This document shows positions 1 to 10,500 of a stretch of DNA of 60,267 nt, one piece after another. The notes under the pieces were generated by a model. That model saw only the letters and a list, made by a program, of their open reading frames with translations, searched no databases and was not told the DNA's origin. The translations under genes and the position numbers were made by a program. The stretch comes from Utricularia gibba (lineage: Eukaryota > Plantae > Magnoliophyta). Location of the stretch: contig NEEC01000179.1 in assembly GCA_002189035.1 (NCBI GenBank), positions 1-60,267 of the forward strand. Direction: 5' to 3'. Position 1 is the first letter of the stretch. Each line of letters starts with the position of its first letter.

Positions 1-889
1 TTTTTTTAATCGATTTTGCATCCAGTTGACCTCATGAGCCATACAGAATCGGGGTCAAGGACCAAGTTCCCAGCGAGACTGGCCGCCACAAAACGAGAAG
101 CGGTTCCTTGAAAAACCATGTAGGCAGCCCCCGAAAACCGAACGATAATAAATACATCACTTTATTTGCCGGACTACAACTAACTCTCGTGCAAGCCAAA
201 CCTTACCTTTGTCCCGTTCCAGGTGCACCCAAAGACCGCCTGCTCAAGTATAAAGTAAGTTGTTGAAAAAATCATGTGGGGTGCACGTGATATCGCAATT
301 TAAACAAATGCAACATTGTATTCATCGATTTGCATCCTTTTGTCCTCATGAGCCATAAAGAATCGCGGGCCCGGACCAAGTTCCTAGCGAGACTGGCCGC
401 CACAAAACGAGAAGCTGTTCCTTGAAAAACCATGTAGGCAACACCGAAAACCGAACGTTAATAAATACATCACTTTCTTTGCCGGGCTACAACTTACTTT
501 GGGCCAAGGCCTAAGCTGATTTTTCCGGTTCCAAGTGCCCCCAAGACCGCCTCTCATGTATAAAGTAAGTTGTTAAAAAAATCATGTGGGTGCACGTGAC
601 ATCGTAATTTAAACAAATGCATCATTTTTTTTAATCGATTTGCATCCAGTTGACCTCATGAGCCATACAGAATCGGGGTCAAGGACCAAGTTCCCAGCGA
701 GACTGGCCGCCACAAAACGAGAAGCGGTTCCTTGAAAAACCATGTAGGCAGCCCCGAAAACCGAACGATAATAAATACATCACTTTATTTGCCGGACTAC
801 AACTAACTTTCGGCAAGCCAAGCTACTTTTTTCCGTCCAAGTGCCCCCAAGACCGCCTCCTCAAGTATAAAGTAAGTTGTTGAAAAAAT

Positions 890-1200
890 CATGTGGGGTG
901 CACGTGATATCGCAATTTAAAAAATGCAACATTGTATTCATCGATTTGCATCCTTTTGTCCTCATGAGCCATAAAGAATCGCGGGCCCGGACCAAGTTCC
1001 TAGCGAGACTGGCCGCCACAAAACGAGAAGCTGTTCCTTGAAAACCATGTAGGCAACACCGAAAACCGAACGTTAATAAATACATCACTTTCTTTGCCGG
1101 GCTACAACTTACTTTGGGCCAAGGCCTAAGCTGATCTTTTTCCGGTTCCAAGTGCCCCCAAGACCGCCTCCTCATGTATAAAGTATGTTGTTAAAAAAAT
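890..1200 (+). repeat. Representative class-B monomer (311 bp)
   Basis: Diagnostic strings: gtgaTatcgC, tgcaAcattgtattc, tccTTttgTcc, cataAaga, cgcgggcccgg, ttccTagc, aagcTgtt, gcaAcacc, aacgTtaat, tttCttt, cggGctac, gggccaaggcctaagctg, ccaAgtgccccc, cctCctcaTg. Confidence 0.95.
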
Positions 1201-1513
1201 CATGTGGGGTGCACGTGACATCGTAATTTAAACAAATGCATCATTTTTTTTAATCGATTTGCATCCAGTTGACCTCATGAGCCATACAGAATCGGGGTCA
1301 AGGACCAAGTTCCCAGCGAGACTGGCCGCCACAAACGAGAAGCGGTTCCTTGAAAAACCATGTAGGCAGCCCCCGAAAACCGAACGATAATAATACATCA
1401 CTTTATTTGCCGGACTACAACTAACTCTCGTGCAAGCCAAACCTTACCTTTGTCCCGTTCCAGGTGCACCCAAAGACCGCCTGCTCAAGTATAAAGTAAG
1501 TTGTTGAAAAAAT
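1201..1513 (+). repeat. Representative class-A monomer (313 bp)
   Basis: Diagnostic strings: gtgaCatcgT, tgcaTcattttttt, tccAGttgAcc, cataCaga, gggtcaagg, ttccCagc, aagcGgtt, gcaGccccc, aacgAtaat, tttAttt, cggActac, aagccaaaccttacc, ccaGgtgcAcc, cctGctcaAg. Confidence 0.95.
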
Positions 1514-4500
1514 CATGTGGGGTGCACGTGATATCGCAATTTAAACAAATGCAACATTGTATTCATCGATTTGCATCCTTTTGTCCTCATGAGCCATAAA
1601 GAATCGCGGGCCCGGACCAAGTTCCTAGCGAGACTGGCCGCCACAAAACGAGAAGCTGTTCCTTGAAAAACCATGTAGGCAACACCGAAAACCGAACGTT
1701 AATAAATACATCACTTTCTTTGCCGGGCTACAACTTACTTTGGGCCAAGGCCTAAGCTGACCTTTTTCCGGTTCCAAGTGCCCCCCAAGACCGCCTCCTC
1801 AGTATAAAGTAGTTGTTAAAAAAATCATGTGGGGTGCACGTGACATCGTAATTTAAACAAATGCATCATTTTTTTTAATCGATTTGCATCCAGTTGACCT
1901 CATGAGCCATACAGAATCGGGGTCAAGGACCAAGTTCCCAGCGAGACTGGCCGCCACAAAACGAGAAGCGGTTCCTTGAAAAACCATGTAGGCAGCCCCG
2001 AAAACCGAACGATAATAAATACATCACTTTATTTGCCGGACTACAACTAACTCTCGCAAGCCAAACCTTACCTTTGTCCCGTTCCAGGTGCACCAAGACC
2101 GCCTGCTCAAGTATAAAGTAAGTTGTTGAAAAAATCATGTGGGGTGCACGTGATATCGCAATTTAAACAAATGCAACATTGTATTCATCGATTTGCATCC
2201 TTTTGTCCTCATGAGCCATAAGAATCGCGGGCCCGACCAAGTTCCTAGCGAGACTGGCCGCCACAAAACGAGAAGCTGTTCCTTGAAAAACCATGTAGGC
2301 AACACCGAAAACCGAACGTTAATAAATACATCACTTTCTTTGCCGGGCTACAACTTACTTTGGGCCAAGGCCTAAGCTGATTTTTTCCGGTTCCAAGTGC
2401 CCCCAAGACCGCCTCCTCATGTATAAAGTATGTTGAAAAAATCATGTGGGGTGCACGTGACATCGTAATTTAAACAAATGCATCATTTTTTAATCGATTT
2501 GCATCCAGTTGACCTCATGAGCCATACAGAATCGGGGTCAAGGACCAAGTTCCCAGCGAGACTGGCCGCCACAAAACGAGAAGCGGTTCCTTGAAAAACC
2601 ATGTAGGCAGCCCCCGAAAACCGAACGATAATAAATACATCACTTTATTTGCCGGACTACAACTACTCTCGGGCAAGCCAAACCTGACCTTTGTCCGTTC
2701 CAGTGCACCCAAAGACCGCCTCCTCAAGTATAAAGTAAGTTGTTGAAAAAATCATGTGGGGTGCACGTGATATCGCAATTTAAACAAATGCAACATTGTT
2801 TCATCGATTTGCATCCTTTTGTCCTCATGAGCCATAAGAATCGGGCCGGACCAAGTTCCTAGCGAGACTGGCCGCCACAAAACGAGAAGCTGTTCCTTGA
2901 AAAACCATGTAGGCAACCCGAAAACCGAACGTTAATAAATACATCACTTTCTTTGCCGGGCTACAACTTACTTTGGGCAAGGCCTAAGCTGACGGTTCCA
3001 AGTGCCAAGACCGCCTTCTCAAGTATAAAGTAAGTTGTTGAAAAAATCATGTGGGGTGCACGTGATATCTAATTTAAACAAATGCATCATTTTTTCATCG
3101 ATTTGCATCCTTTGACCTCATGAGCCATAAGAATGAAGTTCCAGCGAGACTGGCCGCCACAAAACGAGAAGCTGTTCCTTGAAAAACCATGTAGGCAACC
3201 CGAAAACCGAACGTTAATAAATACATCACTTTCTTTGCCGGGCTACAACTTACTTTGGGCCAAGGCCTAAGCTGACCTTTTTCCGGTTCCAAGTGCCCCC
3301 CAAGACCGCCTCCTCAAGTATAAAGTAAAAAAATCATGTGGGTGCACGTGACATCGTAATTTAAACAAATGCATCATTTTTTTAATCGATTTGCATCCAG
3401 TTGACCTCATGAGCCATACAGAATCGGGGTCAAGGACCAAGTTCCCAGCGAGACTGGCCGCCACAAAACGAGAAGCGGTTCCTTGAAAAACCATGTAGGC
3501 AGCCCCCGAAAACCGAACGATAATAAATACATCACTTTATTTGCCGGACTACAACTAACTCTCGGGCAAGCCAACCTTACCTTTGTCCCGTTCCAGTGCA
3601 CCCAAGACCGCCTCTCAAGTATAAAGTAAGTTGTTGAAAAAATCATGTGGGGTGCACGTGATATCGCAATTTAAACAAATGCACATTGTTTCATCGATTT
3701 GCATCCTTTTGTCCTCATGAGCCATAAAGAATCGCGGGCCCGGACCAAGTTCCTAGCGAGACTGGCCGCCACAAAACGAGAAGCTGTTCCTTGAAAAACC
3801 ATGTAGGCAACACCGAAAACCGAACGTTAATAAATACATCACTTTCTTTGCCGGGCTACAACTTACTTTGGGCCAAGGCCTAAGCTGACTTTTTCCGGTT
3901 CCAAGTGCCCCCCAAGACCGCCTCTCATGTATAAAGTAGTTGTTAAAAAAATCATGTGGGGTGCACGTGACATCAATTTAAACAAATGCATCATTTTTTT
4001 TAATCGATTTGCATCCAGTTGACCTCATGAGCCATACAGAATCGGGGTCAAGGGACAAGTTCCCAGCGAGACTGGCCGCCACAAACGAGAAGCGTTCCTT
4101 GAAAAACCATGTAGGCAGCCCCCGAAAACCGAACGATAATAAATACATCACTTTATTTGCCGGACTACAACTAACTCTCTGCAAGCCAAACCTTACCTTT
4201 GTCCCGTTCCAGGTGCACCCAAAGACCGCCTGCTCAAGTATAAAGTAAGTTGTTGAAAAAATCATGTGGGGTGCACGTGATATCGCAATTTAAACAAATG
4301 CAACATTGTATTCATCGATTTGCATCCTTTTGTCCTCATGAGCCATAAAGAATCGCGGGCCCGGACCAAGTTCCTAGCGAGACTGGCCGCCAAAACGAGA
4401 AGCTGTTCCTTGAAAAACCATGTAGGCCGAAAACCGAACGTTAATAAATACATCACTTTCTTTGCCGGGCTACAACTTACTTTGGGCCAAGGCCTAAGCT

Positions 4501-7500
4501 GATCTTTTTCCGGTTCCAAGTGCCCCCCAAGACCGCCTCCTCAGTTGTTAAAAAATCATGTGGGTGCACGTGACATATAATTTAAACAAATGCATCATTT
4601 TTTTAATCGATTTGCATCCAGTTGACCTCATGAGCCATACAGAATCGGGGTCAAGGACCAAGTTCCCAGCGAGACTGGCCGCCACAAAACGAGAAGCGGT
4701 TCCTTGAAAAACCATGTAGGCAGCCCCCGAAAACCGAACGATAAAAATACATCACTTTATTTGCCGGACTACAACTAACTCTCGGTGCAAGCCAAACCTT
4801 ACCTTTGTCCCGTTCCAGGTGCACCCAAAGACCGCCTGCTCAAGTATAAAGTAAGTTGTTGAAAAAATCATGTGGGGTGCACGTGATATCGCAATTTAAA
4901 CAAATGCAACATTGTATTCATCGATTTGCATCCTTTTGTCCTCATGAGCCATAAAGAATCGCGGGCCCGGACCAAGTTCCTAGCGAGACTGGCCGCCACA
5001 AAACGAGAAGCTGTTCCTTGAAAAACCATGTAGGCAACACCGAAAACCGAACGTTAATAAATACATCACTTTCTTTGCCGGGCTACAACTTACTTTGGGC
5101 CAAGGCCTAAGCTGATCTTTTTCCGGTTCCAAGTGCCCCCAAGACCGCCTCCTCAGTATAAAGTAGTTGTTAAAAAAATCATGTGGGGTGCACGTGACAT
5201 CGTAATTTAAACAAATGCATCATTTTTTTTAATCGATTTGCATCCAGTTGACCTCATGAGCCATACAGAATCGGGGTCAAGGACCAAGTTCCCAGCGAGA
5301 CTGGCCGCCACAAAACGAGAAGCGGTTCCTTGAAAAACCATGTAGGCAGCCCCCGAAAACCGAACGATAATAAATACATCACTTTATTTGCCGGACTACA
5401 ACTAACTCTCGCAAGCCAAACCTTACCTTTTCCCGTTCCAGGTGCCCCAAAGACCGCCTCTCAAGTATAAAGTAAGTTGTTGAAAAAATCATGTGGGGTG
5501 CACGTGATATCGCAATTTAAACAAATGCAACATTGTATTCATCGATTTGCATCCTTTTGTCCTCATGAGCCATAAAGAATCGCGGGCCCGGACCAAGTTC
5601 CTAGCGAGACTGGCCGCCACAAAACGAGAAGCTGTTCCTTGAAAAACCATGTAGGCAACACGAAAACCGAACGTTAATAAATACATCACTTTCTTTGCCG
5701 GGCTACAACTTACTTTGGGCCAAGGCCTAAGCTGACCTTTTTCCGGTTCCAAGTGCCCCCCAAGACCGCCTCCTCAAGTATAAAGTATGTTGTTAAAAAA
5801 ATCATGTGGGGTGCACGTGACATCGTAATTTAAACAAATGCATCATTTTTTTTAATCGATTTGCATCCAGTTGACCTCATGAGCCATACAGAATCGGGGT
5901 CAAGGACCAAGTTCCCAGCGAGACTGGCCGCCACAAAACGAGAAGCGGTTCCTTGAAAAACCATGTAGGCAGCCCCCGAAAACCGAACGATAATAAATAC
6001 ATCACTTTATTTGCCGGACTACAACTAACTCTCCAAGCCAAACCTTACCTTTGTCCCGTTCCAGTGCCCAAAGACCGCCTGCTCAAGTATAAAGTAAGTT
6101 GTTGAAAAAATCATGTGGGGTGCACGTGATATCGTAATTTAAACAAATGCATCATTTTTTTTCATCGATTTGCATCCTTTTGTCCTCATGAGCCATAAAG
6201 AATCGGGGGACCAAGTTCCCAGCGAGACTGGCCGCCACAAAACGAGAAGCTGTTCCTTGAAAAACCATGTAGGCACCCCGAAAACCGAACGATAATAAAT
6301 ACATCACTTTCTTTGCCGGCTACAACTAACTTCCAAGCCTAAGCTGACCTTTGTCCCGTTCCAGTGCCCCAAAGACCGCCTCCTCAAGTATAAAGTAAGT
6401 TGTTGAAAAAATCATGTGGGGTGCACGTGATATCGTAATTTAAACAAATGCATCATTGTATTAATCGATTTGCATCCAGTTGACCTCATGAGCCATACAG
6501 AATCGGGGCAAGGACCAAGTTCCAGCGAGACTGGCCGCCACAAAACGAGAAGCTGTTCCTTGAAAAACCATGTAGGCAACCCGAAAACCGAACGTTAATA
6601 AATACATCACTTTCTTTGCCGGGCTACAACTTACTTTGGGCCAAGGCCTAAGCTGACCTTTTTCCGTTCCAGTGCACCCAAAGACCGCCTCTCAAGTATA
6701 AAGTAAGTTGTTGAAAAAATCATGTGGGGTGCACGTGATATCGCAATTTAAACAAATGCAACATTGTATTCATCGATTTGCATCCTTTTGTCCTCATGAG
6801 CCATAAGAATCGCGGGCCCGGACCAAGTTCCTAGCGAGACTGGCCGCCACAAAACGAGAAGCTGTTCCTTGAAAAACCATGTAGGCAACACCGAAAACCG
6901 AACGTTAATAAATACATCACTTTTTTGCCGGGCTACAACTTACTTTGGGCCAAGGCCTAAGCTGACCTTTTTCCGGTTCCAAGTGCCCCAAGACCGCCTC
7001 CTCAGTATAAAGTAGTTGTTAAAAAAATCATGTGGGGTGCACGTGACATCGTAATTTAAACAAATGGATCATTTTTTTTAATCGATTTGCATCCAGTTGA
7101 CCTCATGAGCCATACAGAATCGGGGTCAAGGACCAAGTTCCCAGCGAGACTGGCCGCCACAAACGAGAAGCGGTTCCTTGAAAAACCATGTAGGCAGCCC
7201 CCGAAAACCGAACGATAATAAATACATCACTTTATTTGCCGGACTACAACTAACTCTCGTGCAAGCCAAACCTTACCTTTTTCCGTTCCAGGTGCACCCA
7301 AAGACCGCCTGCTCAAGTATAAAGTAAGTTGTTGAAAAAATCATGTGGGGTGCACGTGATATCGCAATTTAAACAAATGCACATTGTATTCATCGATTTG
7401 CATCCTTTTGTCCTCATGAGCCATAAAGAATCGCGGGCCCGGACCAAGTTCCTAGCGAGACTGGCCGCCACAAAACGAGAAGCTGTTCCTTGAAAAACCA

Positions 7501-10500
7501 TGTAGGCAACACCGAAAACCGAACGTTAATAAATACATCACTTTCTTTGCCGGCTACAACTTACTTTGGGCCAAGGCCTAAGCTGATCTTTTTCCGTTCC
7601 AAGTGCACCCAAAGACCGCCTTCTCAAGTATAAAGTAATGTTGTTAAAAAAATCATGTGGGGTGCACGTGACATATAATTTAAACAAATGCATCATTTTT
7701 TTAATCGATTTGCATCCAGTTGACCTCATGAGCCATACAGAATCGGGGTCAAGGACCAAGTTCCAGCGAGACTGGCCGCCACAAAACGAGAAGCGGTTCC
7801 TTGAAAAACCATGTAGGCACCGAAAACCGAACGTAATAAATACATCACTTTCTTTGCCGGCTACAACTTACTTTGGCCAAGCCTAAGCTGACCTTTTCCG
7901 TTCCAAGTGCCCCCAAGACCGCCTCCTCAATAAAGTAGTTGTTTAAAAAAATCATGTGGGGTGCACGTGACATATAATTTAAACAAATGCATCATTTTTT
8001 TAATCGATTTGCATCAGTTGACCTCATGAGCCATACAGAATCGGGGTCAAGGACCAAGTTCCCAGCGAGACTGGCCGCCACAAAACGAGAAGCGGTTCCT
8101 TGAAAAACCATGTAGGCAGCCCCCGAAAACCGAACATAATAAATACATCACTTTATTTGCCGGACTACAACTAACTCTCGCAAGCCAACCTTACCTTTGT
8201 CCCGTTCCAGTGCACCCAAAGACCGCCTGCTCAAGTATAAAGTAAGTTGTTGAAAAAATCATGTGGGGTGCACGTGATATCGCAATTTAAACAAATGCAA
8301 CATTGTATTCATCGATTTGCATCCTTTTGTCCTCATGAGCCATAAAGAATCGCGGGCCCGGACCAAGTTCCTAGCGAGACTGGCCGCCACAAAACGAGAA
8401 GCTGTTCCTTGAAAAACCATGTAGGCAACACCGAAAACCGAACGTTAATAAATACATCACTTTCTTTGCCGGGCTACAACTTACTTTGGCCAAGGCCTAA
8501 GCTGATCTTTTTCCGGTTCCAAGTGCCCCCCAAGACCGCCTCCTCAGTATAAAGTAGTTGTTAAAAAAATCATGTGGGTGCACGTGACATCGTAATTTAA
8601 ACAAATGCATCATTTTTTTAATCGATTTGCATCCAGTTGACCTCATGAGCCATACAGAATCGGGGTCAAGGACCAAGTTCCCAGCGAGACTGGCCGCCAC
8701 AAAACGAGAAGCGGTTCCTTGAAAACCATGTAGGCACCCCGAAAACCGAACGATAATAAATACATCACTTTATTTGCCGGACTACAACTAACTCTCGGGC
8801 AAGCCAAACCTTACCTTTGTCCCGTTCCAGGTGCACCCAAAGACCGCCTCTCAAGTATAAAGTAAGTTGTTGAAAAAATCATGTGGGGTGCACGTGATAT
8901 CGCAATTTAAACAAATGCAACAATTCATCGATTTGCATCCTTTTGTCCTCATGAGCCATAAAGAATCGCGGGCCCGGACCAAGTTCCTAGCGAGACTGGC
9001 CGCCACAAAACGAGAAGCTGTTCCTTGAAAAACCATGTAGGCAACACCGAAAACCGAACGTTAATAAATACATCACTTTCTTTGCCGGGCTACAACTTAC
9101 TTTGGGCCAAGGCCTAAGCTGATCTTTTTCCGGTTCCAAGTCCCAAAGACCGCCTTCTCAAGTATAAAGTAAGTTGTTGAAAAAATCATGTGGGGTGCAC
9201 GTGATATCGTAATTTAAACAAATGCATCATTGTTTTCATCGATTTGCATCCAGTTGTCCTCATGAGCCATAAAGAATCGGGGCCCGGACCAAGTTCCAGC
9301 GAGACTGGCCGCCACAAAACGAGAAGCTGTTCCTTGAAAAACCATGTAGGCAACCCGAAAACCGAACGTTAATAAATACATCACTTTCTTTGCCGGCTAC
9401 AACTACTTTGGGCCAAGCCTAAGCTGATCTTTTTCCGGTTCCAAGTGCACCCAAGACCGCCTTCTCAAGTATAAAGTAAGTTGTTGAAAAAATCATGTGG
9501 GGTGCACGTGATATCGCAATTTAAACAAATGCATCATTGTTTCATCGATTTGCATCCTTTTGTCCTCATGAGCCATAAAGAATCGGGGCCCGGACCAAGT
9601 TCCAGCGAGACTGGCCGCCACAAAACGAGAAGCTGTTCCTTGAAAAACCATGTAGGCAACCCGAAAACCGAACGTTAATAAATACATCACTTTCTTTGCC
9701 GGGCTACAACTTACTTTGGGCCAAGGCCTAAGCTGACCTTTTCCGGTTCCAAGTGCCCCCAAGACCGCCTCCTCAGTATAAAGTAGTTGTTAAAAAAATC
9801 ATGTGGGGTGCACGTGACATCGTAATTTAAACAAATGCATCATTTTTTTTAATCGATTTGCATCCAGTTGACCTCATGAGCCATACAGAATCGGGGTCAA
9901 GGACCAAGTTCCCAGCGAGACTGGCCGCCACAAAACGAGAAGCGGTTCCTTGAAAAACCATGTAGGCACCCCGAAAACCGAACGATAATAAATACATCAC
10001 TTTATTTGCCGGCTACAACTACTCTGGGCAAGCCAAAGCTGACCTTTGTCCCGTTCCAGTGCACCCAAAGACCGCCTCTCAAGTATAAAGTAAGTTGAAA
10101 AATCATGTGGGTGCACGTGACATCGCAATTTAAACAAATGCATCATTTTTTCATCGATTTGCATCCAGTTGACCTCATGAGCCATAAAGAATCGGGGGGA
10201 CCAAGTTCCAGCGAGACTGGCCGCCACAAAACGAGAAGCTGTTCCTTGAAAAACCATGTAGGCACCCCGAAAACCGAACGATAATAAATATCACTTTTTT
10301 GCCGGACTACAACTAACTCTCGGGCAAGCCAAGCTTACCTTTGTCCCGTTCCAGTGCACCCAAAGACCGCCTGCTCAAGTATAAAGTAAGTTGTTGAAAA
10401 AATCATGGGGTGCACGTGATATCGCAATTTAAACAAATGCAACATTGTATTCATCGATTTGCATCCTTTTGTCCTCATGAGCCATAAAGAATCGCGGGCC

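Noticed and set aside
1137-1157. CENP-B box-like string (tttccggttccaagtg in B; tcccgttccagg in A)
   Set aside because: It resembles the reverse complement TCCCGYTTCCAACGAAR only partly (about 10/17) and lacks the essential CGAA (TTCG) core.
1225-1265. Small hairpins and palindromes (aaatg-cat-cattt; atgcaa...ttgcat; ggtgcacc) as terminators or cruciforms
   Set aside because: Stems are only 4-6 bp and expected by chance. There is no gene context and no long dyad symmetry.
5110-5160. Hammerhead ribozyme core on the minus strand (CTGAGGA...GAAA), as in newt or schistosome satellites
   Set aside because: CTGAGGA appears only in the ctcag deletion variant and not in the A or B consensus. Stem II lacks the canonical closing pair next to GAAA, and I see no stems I or III.
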